Shown: positions 20,206 to 30,692 of the stretch, piece after piece
How the letters are laid out: every line of letters starts with the position of its first letter
How positions within the stretch are numbered: the stretch's first letter is position 1
Origin: Candidatus Hydrogenedentota bacterium
GTDB lineage: Bacteria > Hydrogenedentota > Hydrogenedentia > Hydrogenedentales > GCA-2746185
Length of the DNA stretch: 47,442 bases
Assembly: GCA_046583315.1 (NCBI GenBank)
Contig: JAYGCN010000313.1
Span: 1 to 47,442, forward strand
Direction of reading: 5' to 3'
The notes under the pieces: model-generated
Databases searched by the model: none
What the model was told of the DNA's origin: nothing
Seen by the model: the letters and a program-made list of their open reading frames with translations, nothing else
Made by a program: the position numbers and the translations under genes

Positions 20206-20784
20206 CTAATTATGCGGCAATTCAATGGCCTTTGGACGTTCTACTATCGTCTCATCCAGGTAGTCCCCTTCGAAATACATGGCTCGTGACGGAACACGGG
20301 ATACCGGATCTATCGGTATTCCGTTTTCGTCACAATAATACTGGCGTTCAAGCGTGCCGTTATACCGTTTTACGTAGTTACTGCTGTTTTCGGTCGCCCC
20401 AAATGCATTTTGTATTTTCGTGTTGCGGAACGCGGTACCGAATACGTCAAAATGATAGTTAATCTCGTATACGACCGGATGTATCAGTGAGTCAGAACGT
20501 TTTACATCTTCGATGGTGTAGGAAGTGATGCGCCGGTAAACCTTAACCCAGCCGGATTCCTGGATTCGTGTTGCGGGCGATCGAAACGTGTGCATCTCTG
20601 GAATGTCCCGATAAATCATATCGATAGCGTTGAAGCGCACGAGCTCCTGTTTCGCCAGGGTGTCGGCTTTCTCAAAAAGGTCGTTTCCATATTCAGTGAT
20701 GGATTTTTTCTCTACGGTGGGCTTGGCGCATCCGGCGATGAAGAGCAAGGCGAGTGCGAGGATGCTGAGGTAAGACTTTATCAT
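20206..20784 (-). CDS. Hypothetical lipoprotein
   Basis: MIKSYLSILALALLFIAGC lipobox; start re-set to ATG 20784. Confidence 0.7.
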   Translation of the reverse strand: MIKSYLSILALALLFIAGCAKPTVEKKSITEYGNDLFEKADTLAKQELVRFNAIDMIYRDIPEMHTFRSPATRIQESGWVKVYRRITSYTIEDVKRSDSLIHPVVYEINYHFDVFGTAFRNTKIQNAFGATENSSNYVKRYNGTLERQYYCDENGIPIDPVSRVPSRAMYFEGDYLDETIVERPKAIELPHN

Positions 20785-20821
20785 GGGAGTTCCAGCAAAA
20801 AAGTTTGTACACCGGAGTATA

Positions 20822-21682
20822 TCACGGGGCGTGAGCATCCATGAACTCGATAAAAGATACCTTATTACGAATGGGATCAAAGTCGGGGTCGCGGTTGGCT
20901 TCGAAGTGAAAGGCTGGGTCCAGACGCACGGCAATTTCGAGGTAGCGTAATGTTTCGGTCACGTCAGATTGGCGTGCGAATCCGCAGGCTATGTTGTAAT
21001 ACGGTGCGGGCAGTTCGGCATTCATTTCCAGAACTCGTTCATAGAAAACGACGGCGGCATCGTGATCGCCCCTGAAGTCCAGAATCACGCCATAATTGTA
21101 ATACGGGATAGGATTCTCCATATCCATGTCCATGGCGATTTGAGCATATTCCAGCGCGACCGCCCAATTTTCTTCGATACGATAGAGAATGGCCAAGTCG
21201 CTGTAGGGCCGACTCCATTCGGGGTCGAGTTCCATCGCGTGGTGCAAGAACTTGAGGCCCTCCACGGTGTCGCCCAGGGTATACTGGATGACACCGAGCA
21301 GACAATAGGGCCAACTCCATTGAGGATCGAGTGCAATCGCCTGACCGAGCGCGTTGCGAGCACTGACCGCATTTTTTTCGGCATAAAACCGGAACAGGGC
21401 CAGGGCATAGAAAGATTCCGCTGTTGCCAGTGTTGGGTGTTGGGCGTAGGCGGATACTTGCTCTACGGCGATTCGTGTCGGGATTCTGCGCATGCGCCAG
21501 TCGGAAGCGAGCAGGGTGTTCAATTCGGCAATCTGGTCATCGCGAATGGCGAAGGCTTCCTTCGGCGTGGGTGAGATGAAGGGTGCCTCGGCTTTTTCGC
21601 CTCGCAACAGCACGACGACCCCGGCTATGGCGACACACGCGACGGTAATTCGCCAGATGGTTTTGTGCGATGTAGTCGTCAT
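20822..21682 (-). CDS. Membrane-anchored TPR protein
   Basis: N-terminal TM; repeats AIALDPQWSWPY, AMELDPEWSRPY, PYYNYG, PYYNIAC; C-terminal DPDFDPIR. Confidence 0.8.
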   Translation of the reverse strand: MTTTSHKTIWRITVACVAIAGVVVLLRGEKAEAPFISPTPKEAFAIRDDQIAELNTLLASDWRMRRIPTRIAVEQVSAYAQHPTLATAESFYALALFRFYAEKNAVSARNALGQAIALDPQWSWPYCLLGVIQYTLGDTVEGLKFLHHAMELDPEWSRPYSDLAILYRIEENWAVALEYAQIAMDMDMENPIPYYNYGVILDFRGDHDAAVVFYERVLEMNAELPAPYYNIACGFARQSDVTETLRYLEIAVRLDPAFHFEANRDPDFDPIRNKVSFIEFMDAHAP

Positions 21683-21774
21683 CGTGTATTCTACGGCCCT
21701 TGGTGTGTCGGTGCTTCAGGACATTGTATCGGTCGCCCCGCCAAAAGTAAACGGAAGGGCATTTTTGTAAAATT

Positions 21775-22626
21775 ATGAATGTAGCGGCGCTTGGGGACAA
21801 AATACCATCGAATCTACGGCGCGCGATTCGCAATGCCGATCACACGTTTTTTATAAAGCCGAATGCCGCGAGCGAGGCGTTTATCTGGTCAAGTCCTGAT
21901 CATCTGCGTCAAGCGAAGAAGGCCTTTGCTTTAGGAACACCTGTTTTTTATGCCGGTATTCCCGAAGGTTTGTCAAAGGCAACACCCCTGTTCGATGCTG
22001 CGCGTGATGGAAAGACGTTACTGTACGTACCCTACGCGCGCCGTTTTAGCGGTCCATTTGCGACGTTGGCGAGTCAAGTCATTGCGGGCAGTGTGGGTGA
22101 CACGGGTTTCATCAAAATCCACTCGAACCAGCCAATTCCGCGAGGCGTCTCGGTCGGGTCGAGCAAATTGTGCAACGCAGTCGTGTGGAACAGTCTGCTT
22201 CACGATATCGATTGGTTGCAGCAGCATTTTGGTCCAATTCGAAAGGTATTTTGCCAGGGTGTGGCGAAGTCCCGACCGAAACTGGAGTATGTGATGGCGA
22301 CTTTCACGTTGAAAGGCGGTGTTATCGCCCAGGTGATTCACTCCTATCAGTCGCATGGCGAGAGCATGGTGCGCGCGGAAATAAGTGGAACCTCCGGTAT
22401 TGTTCAGTATGACAGCACCGTGGGGCCTATACGGCAACACGGATCGAAAAATGCCGCGGCGCCATCGAACACGAACACCGATTGGTCCAGCCATTGGAGT
22501 GCCTTCGAGACAGCGATTCAACGAAGAACAATTTCGACCAAGGCCACCAAGTCATTTTCGGATCCGGTGCATATTGCTGGGCTGGCCATTGAATCGATGC
22601 GAACCGGCGCCCCGCAAGGGGTATAG
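21775..22626 (+). CDS. Degenerate Gfo/Idh/MocA-like oxidoreductase
   Basis: SSPDHLRQAKKAF, YARRF, GSVGD, LLHDIDWL, EISGTSG and AIESMRTG resemble the family; no GxGxxG or EKP. Confidence 0.6.
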   Translation: MNVAALGDKIPSNLRRAIRNADHTFFIKPNAASEAFIWSSPDHLRQAKKAFALGTPVFYAGIPEGLSKATPLFDAARDGKTLLYVPYARRFSGPFATLASQVIAGSVGDTGFIKIHSNQPIPRGVSVGSSKLCNAVVWNSLLHDIDWLQQHFGPIRKVFCQGVAKSRPKLEYVMATFTLKGGVIAQVIHSYQSHGESMVRAEISGTSGIVQYDSTVGPIRQHGSKNAAAPSNTNTDWSSHWSAFETAIQRRTISTKATKSFSDPVHIAGLAIESMRTGAPQGV

Positions 22627-22666
22627 ATCCATAAACCGCACTATTTGATAAACGAGAGGATGTATC

Positions 22667-24322
22667 GTGCTAAATCAATTGAGAAGATGGATGGGCCTTG
22701 TGCTGGTTGGTGTGTTGCTGGGCGGCTGTTTCAATGGTGAATCGAAACGAAACTCGACCAACCGCGATATGGAAAAAGGCTTTGCGTTAGTAGACGATCA
22801 GATTTTGTTTGTTGGCAACGGCGCGGAACCGGAGGGGCTTGATCCGCACATCGTGACCGGGGTGCCGGAACACCATATTCTGACCGCGCTCTTTGAGGGC
22901 TTGGTAGGCATGAATGCGAGCGACCTGTCTCCGAAACAGGGTGTCGCGGAATCGTGGGAGGTGTCCGATGATGGTCTTGTGTATACCTTTCATCTGCGTG
23001 ACGACGCGAAATGGTCAAACGGGGATGCATTGACGGCGGAAGATTTTCGTTATGCGTGGCAGCGTATTCTGATGCCGGGCATGGCGAGCGAGTACAGCTA
23101 TATGCTCTTTCCGATTAAAAACGCGCGGGCCTATCTGGAAGGTACGATCTCCGATTTCGATGAGGTGGGCGTAAGGATAATTGATGACCGTAGCCTGGAG
23201 GTGACACTCGAAAATCCGACTCCGTATTTCTTGCAATTGCACATTCATTACAGCTGGTTTCCGGTGCATCGAGCGACCATTGAAAAATTCGGCAAGATGG
23301 ATGATCGCAATACCGGATGGACGCGTCTGGGAAATATCGTCTCCAACGGTCCCTTCAATCTGTCGCGCTGGGAGCCGAACAATGTCATCGAAACACGTCG
23401 GAGCGATACCTATTGGGACAGGGGTAATGTGCGACTCAAGGGGGTGAATTTTTATCCCGTGTCCAATGAGCAGACGGAGGAGCGCATGTTCCGCGCATCG
23501 GAATTACACATGACCGAGAATGTGCACGTTTCGCGCGTGGAAACATTTCAGAATGAGAGCCCGGAACTGATCCGCACCGATCCGTGGATTGGCAGCTACT
23601 TTTACCGTGTCAATACGACGCGTAAGCCTTTCGACGATGTCCGGGTACGCCGCGCGCTGGCGATGACCGTGGATCGCGATGCAATTACGACATTTATCTT
23701 GAAGGGCGGCGAGACTTCGGCAGGAACACTGACACCGCCGAACTTGAATGGGTATACCGCTGAGGCGAATATTCCCTTTGATCCGAAAGCAGCGAAGTCC
23801 TTACTGGCGGAGGCGGGTTATCCCAACGGTGAGGGATTTCCCCCTTTTGCGATTCTGTACAACACGGCAGAGAAACATAAAATCATCGCGGTGGCGATTC
23901 AGCAGATGTGGAAGGAACATCTGGGGGTGAGTGTGAGTCTGGAGAATCAGGACTGGAAGGTTTATCTCGCGTCCACCTCCAATCAAAGTATGGATTACGA
24001 CGTGCATCGCGCGGGTTGGATCGGTGATTTCGTGGATGCCATCAATTTTATCGAACTTTTTACTTCAGACAACGGGAATAACCGTACCGGTTGGGCGAAT
24101 GCCGATTACGACCGTTACGTGGAGGAATCGTTCAGCGCGAAAACAACCGAAGAACGGTTTGCGCTGTTTCAGAAAGCCGAAGCGATATTGACCGAAGAAG
24201 TGCCAATCATTCCAATCTATTTTTACACCCGGCCTTTCCTCTTGGCTCCCGAGGTAAAGAATTTCCAAGGGAACCTGTTGGGCTACGTCCCATATCACAC
24301 CTTGTATCTTGAGGTGCCGTAG
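22667..24322 (+). CDS. oppA: Oligopeptide ABC transporter substrate-binding lipoprotein
   Basis: LLGGC lipobox; AEPEGLDP, YTFHLRDDAKWSNG, VSNGPF, DVRVRRAL, RAGWIGDF. Confidence 0.93.
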   Translation: MLNQLRRWMGLVLVGVLLGGCFNGESKRNSTNRDMEKGFALVDDQILFVGNGAEPEGLDPHIVTGVPEHHILTALFEGLVGMNASDLSPKQGVAESWEVSDDGLVYTFHLRDDAKWSNGDALTAEDFRYAWQRILMPGMASEYSYMLFPIKNARAYLEGTISDFDEVGVRIIDDRSLEVTLENPTPYFLQLHIHYSWFPVHRATIEKFGKMDDRNTGWTRLGNIVSNGPFNLSRWEPNNVIETRRSDTYWDRGNVRLKGVNFYPVSNEQTEERMFRASELHMTENVHVSRVETFQNESPELIRTDPWIGSYFYRVNTTRKPFDDVRVRRALAMTVDRDAITTFILKGGETSAGTLTPPNLNGYTAEANIPFDPKAAKSLLAEAGYPNGEGFPPFAILYNTAEKHKIIAVAIQQMWKEHLGVSVSLENQDWKVYLASTSNQSMDYDVHRAGWIGDFVDAINFIELFTSDNGNNRTGWANADYDRYVEESFSAKTTEERFALFQKAEAILTEEVPIIPIYFYTRPFLLAPEVKNFQGNLLGYVPYHTLYLEVP

Positions 24323-24376
24323 GTTTAGGATCGCTGAAGGGGGAACGATGGGCGTTCCGACCGAATCGAAGGTGCC

Positions 24377-25294
24377 ATGACCTACATCATCATCCGCCGG
24401 ATCCTCGAAGCGATTCCCGTGCTTTGGGCGATCATGACGATCACCTTTTTCCTGATTCGTTTCGCGCCGGGCAGTCCCTTCGATCGCGAGAAGGATATTG
24501 CGCCGGAAATTCGGGAACGCATTGAAGCACACTACAATCTTGATGCCCCGGTTCTTGTGCAATATAAAGATTACGTGGCGCAACTGTTGCACGGCGATTT
24601 GGGCCCCTCCTACAAAAATGTTTCCTACACGGTAAACGAACTTATCGGGAAAAGTTTTCCGGTATCGATTGAATTGGGTTTCTATGCATTTTGCGTCGCC
24701 CTAACGATTGGATTGTGTGCCGGCATCACGGCATCGCTTCGTCCAAACACATGGCGTGACTATATACCGATGTCGCTGTCGATGGTGGGCATCTGCATCC
24801 CGAATTTTGTGTTGGGTCCGGTGTTGTTGCTGATATTCGGATTGAATCTGGGTTGGTTTCCCGTGTCCGGATGGGAAGAACCGATGGATAAAGTTTTGCC
24901 GAGTATCACGCTGGGCGCCATGTATGCTGCCTACATCGCGCGGCTCAGTCGCGGCGGTATGCTTGAGGTGTTGTCGAATGATTTCATCCGCACGGCTCGC
25001 GCAAAAGGACTCAGCGAGACCCGCGTCGTATTTCGTCATGCTTTTCGCGGCGGCATTACACCCGTCGTTGCATTTCTGGGACCAGCGGCTGCCGGGTTGT
25101 TGAGTGGCTCCTTTGTGGTGGAAACAGTTTTCCAGATTCCGGGTTTGGGACGGTTTTTCGTGGAAGCCGCGTTCAACCGGGACTACACGATGATTCTGGG
25201 AACGGTCATGGTCTACGCGACGCTGATTCTGGTGCTGAATCTGGTTGCGGATCTGATGCTGATCTGGCTCGACCCGAGGTTACGCGATGCCTGA
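24377..25294 (+). CDS. oppB: Oligopeptide ABC transporter permease
   Basis: APGSPF, GDLGPSY, DFIRTARAKG, VETVFQIPGLG, NRDY. Confidence 0.93.
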   Translation: MTYIIIRRILEAIPVLWAIMTITFFLIRFAPGSPFDREKDIAPEIRERIEAHYNLDAPVLVQYKDYVAQLLHGDLGPSYKNVSYTVNELIGKSFPVSIELGFYAFCVALTIGLCAGITASLRPNTWRDYIPMSLSMVGICIPNFVLGPVLLLIFGLNLGWFPVSGWEEPMDKVLPSITLGAMYAAYIARLSRGGMLEVLSNDFIRTARAKGLSETRVVFRHAFRGGITPVVAFLGPAAAGLLSGSFVVETVFQIPGLGRFFVEAAFNRDYTMILGTVMVYATLILVLNLVADLMLIWLDPRLRDA

Positions 25295-26180
25295 ATCCGT
25301 TGCCATGATACGCGATGCCGAAATGACCGAGAAAGGGGTTTCGCTCTGGCAAGATGCCTGGCATCGGCTGCTGAAAAACAAGCTGGCCGTGTTGGGCGGG
25401 GCATTTCTGCTGATCGTGATTGCGCTGGCGATCGTGACGCCGTGGATTGCGCCGTACTCTTATGAAGCGCAGGATCTAATGCTGGGTGCCACACCGCCCT
25501 CTACCGATCACTGGCTAGGGACCGATTATCTGGGCCGTGATTTGTTCACGCGTATCCTTTATGGTGGCCGTATCTCGCTGATGGTTGGTTTTGCGGCGAC
25601 GGCGGTGTCACTGTTGGTGGGTGTAATGTATGGCGCGACCGCTGGTTTCCTGGGCGGTCGTGTGGATTCGATTCTGATGCGGCTCGTCGACATTTTGTAT
25701 GCGCTTCCCTTCACGATTTTTGTGATTATTCTGATGGTCTTTTTCGGGCGTAACATAATCCTCTTGTTCATGGCCATTGGTGCAGTGGAATGGTTGACCA
25801 TGGCCCGAATTGTGCGCGGTCAGGTGCAGTCACTGAAAGAAAAGGAGTATATCGAAGCGGCGGTGGCCATGGGTCTCACGAAGACTCGTATTCTTACGCG
25901 ACACCTCATCCCGAACGCGCTGGGTCCCATTATTGTGTACACGACCCTGACCATTCCGAATGTCATGTTGCTGGAAGCCTTCTTGAGTTTTCTTGGACTT
26001 GGTGTGCAGCCGCCAATGAGTAGCTGGGGCTTGCTGATTCACGATGGTGCCGAACAGATGGAGAATTATCCTTGGCTCCTCGTTTATCCCAGCGTCGCGT
26101 TGAGTCTGACCTTGTTCAGCCTGAATTTTTTGGGTGATGGGCTGCGGGACGCACTCGACCCACGGGTTTCAAAGGACTAA
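25287..26180 (+). CDS. oppC: Oligopeptide ABC transporter permease
   Basis: HWLGTDYLGRD, GGRISL, ARIVRGQ, EAFLSFLGLG, GDGLRDALDP. Confidence 0.93.
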   Translation: MPESVAMIRDAEMTEKGVSLWQDAWHRLLKNKLAVLGGAFLLIVIALAIVTPWIAPYSYEAQDLMLGATPPSTDHWLGTDYLGRDLFTRILYGGRISLMVGFAATAVSLLVGVMYGATAGFLGGRVDSILMRLVDILYALPFTIFVIILMVFFGRNIILLFMAIGAVEWLTMARIVRGQVQSLKEKEYIEAAVAMGLTKTRILTRHLIPNALGPIIVYTTLTIPNVMLLEAFLSFLGLGVQPPMSSWGLLIHDGAEQMENYPWLLVYPSVALSLTLFSLNFLGDGLRDALDPRVSKD

Positions 26181-26183
26181 GGT

Positions 26184-26639
26184 ATGCGTGAACAATCAAT
26201 CGAAAATACGATGCTGCGCTATTTACTGAAGACCATTCAGTACAGGATGGGCAAGGCGCTCGCCGGCGCTCCGGATAACTTCGGAGCAGCGACGGCGGGG
26301 TATGAAACACGTACACCTGCCGAAATCCTTTCTCATGTGTCTGATGTACTTGGATTTACTGTTGCGCAATGGGATGCTGATTGGGTTGGGCCGAAAACGG
26401 TAGGTTGGCCGAGCGAAGTCTGCCGATACCGGGCCACCTTAGTCGCCCTCGATGAAATCCTTGCGAAACATTCTGTTACGCACGATACAGCACTCCGGTT
26501 TATGCAGGGTCCACTGGCGGATGTGTTGACGCATGTTGGACAGCTCGCCATGTTGCGACGAATGACCGGTGCGCCCGTGGTTGGAGAGAACTATTTCATT
26601 GCTGAACTTCCCGAGGTATACAGCGAGGACTTGTGCTGA
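26184..26639 (+). CDS. DinB-like helical hypothetical protein
   Basis: RTPAEILSHV...QGPLADVLTHVGQLAMLRR pattern; stop overlaps the oppD ATG. Confidence 0.65.
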   Translation: MREQSIENTMLRYLLKTIQYRMGKALAGAPDNFGAATAGYETRTPAEILSHVSDVLGFTVAQWDADWVGPKTVGWPSEVCRYRATLVALDEILAKHSVTHDTALRFMQGPLADVLTHVGQLAMLRRMTGAPVVGENYFIAELPEVYSEDLC

Positions 26640-27616
26640 TGCCATTACTTTCCGTCGATAATCTGGCTACCACCTTTCATACTCGCAATGGCGTTGTGCG
26701 CGCGGTCGGTGGTATTTCGTATGAAGTGGAAAAAGGCCGAACGCTCGGAATTGTGGGTGAGTCGGGATGTGGAAAATCGGTATCGTGTTATTCCTTGCTC
26801 GGCTTGCTTCCCATGCCGCCGGGAAGGATTGAATCGGGTTCGGCGGTGTTCGACGGGACCGATTTATTGCAGGCTTCACCTTCGGAATTGCGCGGTATTC
26901 GTGGACGCCGGATCTCGATGATCTTTCAGGATCCGATGACCGCACTGAACCCGTACATGACGGTTGGCGCGCAACTGATTGAGCCGTTGCGTGTACATGA
27001 ACGGGTCACCAAATCCGAAGCCCAGCGTCGCGCGGTGTCCATGCTGAAAGCGGTTGGGATTCAGGACGCGGCGCGGCAGATGAAGGCGTATCCCCATCAG
27101 TTCTCCGGCGGCATGCGGCAACGATTGGTGATTGCGATGGCACTCATTACTGATCCGGATTTGTTGATCGCCGATGAGCCGACGACCGCTTTGGACGTGA
27201 CGGTGCAGGCGCAGATTCTCGAATTGATTCAGTCGATTCAGCGCAAGAACGGCATGTCGGTCATTCTGATTACCCATGATCTTGGCGTGATTGCGGGAAC
27301 ATGTGATGATGTGTTGGTCATGTACACCGGAAAAATCGTGGAGTCCGCGAGCGCGACGGATTTGTTCAAGCATCCCCGACATCCCTACACCGAAGCCTTG
27401 CTCAACAGCTTGCCGTCCATGAATTCGGCGGGCAACGAGCTCTACTCCATACCCGGCATGCCCCCCAATCTCACCGAAGCCATCGTGGGTTGTGCTTTCG
27501 CGCCGCGATGTGAACATGCCACCGACGCGTGCCGTGCGGATGGTGCCGCTGAATTGAAGAGCGTGGCCGAGGGTCATGCTTCTGCCTGTATACAGGTGCA
27601 GGAGGGCCTTCGATGA
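26639..27616 (+). CDS. oppD: Oligopeptide ABC transporter ATP-binding protein
   Basis: [39 protein letters not shown]-terminal Cys cluster. Confidence 0.93.
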   Translation: MPLLSVDNLATTFHTRNGVVRAVGGISYEVEKGRTLGIVGESGCGKSVSCYSLLGLLPMPPGRIESGSAVFDGTDLLQASPSELRGIRGRRISMIFQDPMTALNPYMTVGAQLIEPLRVHERVTKSEAQRRAVSMLKAVGIQDAARQMKAYPHQFSGGMRQRLVIAMALITDPDLLIADEPTTALDVTVQAQILELIQSIQRKNGMSVILITHDLGVIAGTCDDVLVMYTGKIVESASATDLFKHPRHPYTEALLNSLPSMNSAGNELYSIPGMPPNLTEAIVGCAFAPRCEHATDACRADGAAELKSVAEGHASACIQVQEGLR

Positions 27617-28611
27617 GCACGCCGATTCTCGAAGTCGAAAACGTGGCTACCCATTTTCCCGTGCGGACCGGGCCGTGGTATTCAAAGAAGACCGGATTGG
27701 TGCGCGCGGTCGATGGCGTTTCCTTCACGTTGAATGAGGGCGAAATTCTGGGGCTGGTGGGAGAGTCCGGCTGCGGGAAATCGACTCTAGCACGGAGTAT
27801 TCTCAATCTGGTTCCGGTCACCTACGGGGCAGTCCGCTTAAACGGCACGGAGTTCAACACCTTGTCTGCGGAGGAACAGCGGGTTCTGCGTCCGACGGCG
27901 CAGATGATTTTTCAGGACCCTTACGGTTCATTGAATCCTCGGATGACGGTCTACTCCATTCTTGCTGAACCCATGTTGGTTCATGGGATCGCGACACGCC
28001 AGACGGTTCTCGATGAAGTCAACGTGCTCATGGACAAGGTTGGTCTCGCGTCACGATTCATCAAGAAATATCCGCACGAATTCTCCGGAGGACAACGCCA
28101 ACGGATCGCGATTGCGCGGGCCCTGGCACTCAGACCGAAACTGATGATTGCAGATGAGCCCGTGTCGGCCTTGGATGTATCTGTGCAGGCGCAGATTCTG
28201 AACCTGCTGGCGACCCTGTGCAAATCCGAGAATCTAGCCTTGATTTTCATAACCCACGACCTCTCCGTGGTTCGGCATATCGCGTCTACGGTAGCCGTCA
28301 TGTATCTGGGGCGCATCGTTGAGGAAGGGCCGACGGAATCGGTGCTGAATTCGCCGCAACATCCTTACACACAGTCGCTCATCAGTGCCGTGCCCGTGCC
28401 CGACCCCGAAGTGGAGAGAACGCGCAGTCGGATTATTCTCAAAGGCGATCCGCCTTCACCGATGAACCCGCCCACCGGCTGCCCTTTCCATCCACGGTGC
28501 CCCGTCGTGCAACCCGAGTGCGCCCACACCATGCCGATGCTGGACAGTTTGGGTCTGGATCACCGCACGGCGTGTTTTTATGCCCGTGGTCCGCTCAAAA
28601 AAGAAGGGTAG
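27613..28611 (+). CDS. oppF: Oligopeptide ABC transporter ATP-binding protein
   Basis: [43 protein letters not shown]. Confidence 0.93.
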   Translation: MSTPILEVENVATHFPVRTGPWYSKKTGLVRAVDGVSFTLNEGEILGLVGESGCGKSTLARSILNLVPVTYGAVRLNGTEFNTLSAEEQRVLRPTAQMIFQDPYGSLNPRMTVYSILAEPMLVHGIATRQTVLDEVNVLMDKVGLASRFIKKYPHEFSGGQRQRIAIARALALRPKLMIADEPVSALDVSVQAQILNLLATLCKSENLALIFITHDLSVVRHIASTVAVMYLGRIVEEGPTESVLNSPQHPYTQSLISAVPVPDPEVERTRSRIILKGDPPSPMNPPTGCPFHPRCPVVQPECAHTMPMLDSLGLDHRTACFYARGPLKKEG

Positions 28612-28620
28612 GGCACGAAA

Positions 28621-30567
28621 TCAGGTACGAATCACGCGCAAGAATTCTTCAGCGCTGACTTCGCCGCTTTTGACTTTCTGGCGGCATCGATCGGCCATGG
28701 TTTTGAGTTTGGCGGCCTTGGTAATTTTTGTGAGTGTTGCCCCTTCGCTGATGAGCTCCCGAATGGATTCGGTGATCTCAAGAATCTCGAAGATGCCCTT
28801 TCGGCCTTTGTATCCGGTGTGGTAACAAGTATCGCAACCCTCGCCTTGGTATAACGTCTTCGTTGTTTCCGGAAGCCTGATCGACTTGAGCAATGCCTTG
28901 GTCGGCTTGTAACCCTTTTTGCAATCGGGGCAGATCGTGCGCACGAGTCGCTGAGCCACGATGGCGGTTAATGCGTTTGATATCAGATACGGCGGGATGT
29001 CCATATTGCCGAGTGTGGATATCGCCTCCGGTGCATCGTTGGTATGAAGCGTACTAAAAACCAGGTGGCCGGTCATTGCCGCACGCACGGCGATGCGGGC
29101 TGTCTCGGAATCGCGAATTTCCCCGACCAGTAGCACGTCGATATCCTGGCGCAACGAGGCACGCAATACATTGGCAAAACTCAGCTCAATGTCGTTGTCG
29201 ATCTGCACCTGATTGATGCCAGATAGTTGGTATTCAACCGGATCTTCCAGGGTCACGATTGAATCGGTAAATACATCCTTTTCATTGAGACAAGAATACA
29301 AAGTGGTTGTTTTTCCGCTACCGGTGGGGCCGGTGACGAGAATCATGCCGTAGGGTTGTTCGATAAGTCGCGCCAGTTTTTCTTCGTCTTCTTCTTCCAG
29401 ACCCAGATCGCCAATACCCGCCAACACCGACGATTGATCGAGCAACCGCAGCACGATACGTTCTCCGAGAAAGGTGGGCAGTGTCGCCACACGAATATCG
29501 TATTCGGAGTCCTCAAATTCCATGCTGATATGACCATCCTGAGGGCGCCGAGTTTCCGTGATATCGACATCGGCCAGAATTTTGAGCCTGGAAACGATCG
29601 CGTTTTCGATGTCCGGGGGAATGCTCATCACATCATGCAGCGTGCCGTCGATACGATAGCGCACCCGCATTTCCGGTTCCTGGGGATCGAGGTGCACATC
29701 GGTCGCACCTGAATTCACCGCACCCTTGATAATTGTCGAGACCAATTTGACCACCGAGCCCCCCTGGGCCTCCAATGCTATCTCGTCAAATCGGCTTGAG
29801 TCTCTCATATTGCTTTCTTCCATGACATTTGTTTCCTGTACCGGTTTAGGTTTGGACGTGGCGGCGATAGTTTCTTTGGCCTTTGCCTTAACGATTTCTT
29901 TTACTTTTTTACTTTTCGATTTCGGGGCTGTTTTCTTGCCAACGTAACGCGCTTCGACTTCTGCTTTCATATCGTCAATGGCCGTCATGACTGGATGAAT
30001 GCGAAGACCAAGTAATACCCCGATGTCTTTGAGTCGACCTTCGGCCTGCGGACCCGATACAAGCACCATCAGCTTGTCGCCATCCACCTGTAGGGGAATG
30101 AACTCTTTCTGAATGGCCATGCTTTCCGGCACTAGATCGAGCGCGGCGCGATCGCTGGGAGTTTTGGAGAGCTCCACATAAGCTAGGCCATACTGCTTGC
30201 CCAAGGCCTTGGCAATCTGCTCGGAGGAAACATAGCCTTCCTCCATCAGGATGGTTCCCAGCAATTTGCCATTTCGTTTTTGTGTGACAAGGACCTTTTT
30301 GAGCTGGTCCATGGTAATGGCTTCTACTTTGACCAGTAACTCGCCCAAGTTCGCGTGGGATTTGCGGCTTTGCTTTGAATGAAACTCGTATCGGAGTACA
30401 TCATTGACCGAATCGAAATTCACCTTCTTCATCTGGACCAGTTGGCGGTACCAGGGTGTGCCGCTTTTCTGTTCGCGCTTGCGCGCCTCTTCAAGGTCGG
30501 CGCGGGAAATGACTTGATCCTTGACGAGTTTTTCGCCGCCGTCATTTTTCGCCTTACGTTTCGCCAT
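28621..30567 (-). CDS. GspE/PilB family assembly ATPase with MshEN-like N-terminus
   Basis: ATDVHLDP, RRPQDG, GPTGSGKTTT, EDPVE, LRQDIDVLLVGEIRD, HLVFSTLHTN, CPDC..CDTC zinc motif. Confidence 0.92.
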   Translation of the reverse strand: MAKRKAKNDGGEKLVKDQVISRADLEEARKREQKSGTPWYRQLVQMKKVNFDSVNDVLRYEFHSKQSRKSHANLGELLVKVEAITMDQLKKVLVTQKRNGKLLGTILMEEGYVSSEQIAKALGKQYGLAYVELSKTPSDRAALDLVPESMAIQKEFIPLQVDGDKLMVLVSGPQAEGRLKDIGVLLGLRIHPVMTAIDDMKAEVEARYVGKKTAPKSKSKKVKEIVKAKAKETIAATSKPKPVQETNVMEESNMRDSSRFDEIALEAQGGSVVKLVSTIIKGAVNSGATDVHLDPQEPEMRVRYRIDGTLHDVMSIPPDIENAIVSRLKILADVDITETRRPQDGHISMEFEDSEYDIRVATLPTFLGERIVLRLLDQSSVLAGIGDLGLEEEDEEKLARLIEQPYGMILVTGPTGSGKTTTLYSCLNEKDVFTDSIVTLEDPVEYQLSGINQVQIDNDIELSFANVLRASLRQDIDVLLVGEIRDSETARIAVRAAMTGHLVFSTLHTNDAPEAISTLGNMDIPPYLISNALTAIVAQRLVRTICPDCKKGYKPTKALLKSIRLPETTKTLYQGEGCDTCYHTGYKGRKGIFEILEITESIRELISEGATLTKITKAAKLKTMADRCRQKVKSGEVSAEEFLRVIRT

Positions 30568-30663
30568 ACCTGTTCTCCACCTAATAGCTTAGACTATAGA
30601 TATTTCACAAATCGACCGAAAAAGGCAAGTTTTTCGTACATAAGGAGTTAGGGATATTCGGGA

Positions 30664-30692
30664 TTGACTTGGGTATCAGTCGCGCCTATAAT
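30664..30692 (+). promoter_or_regulatory. Near-consensus sigma70 promoter about 400 nt upstream of rny
   Basis: TTGACT-17 nt-TATAAT. Confidence 0.8.

Noticed and set aside
20785..20934. N-terminal extensions in the ORF track (also 31009, 32695, 41584, 11648)
   Set aside because: Downstream starts fit better with RBS, signal peptide or family N-terminus.
24342..24358. GGAACG/CGTTCC hairpin after oppA
   Set aside because: Only 6 bp; at most an ordinary stabiliser of the binding-protein mRNA.
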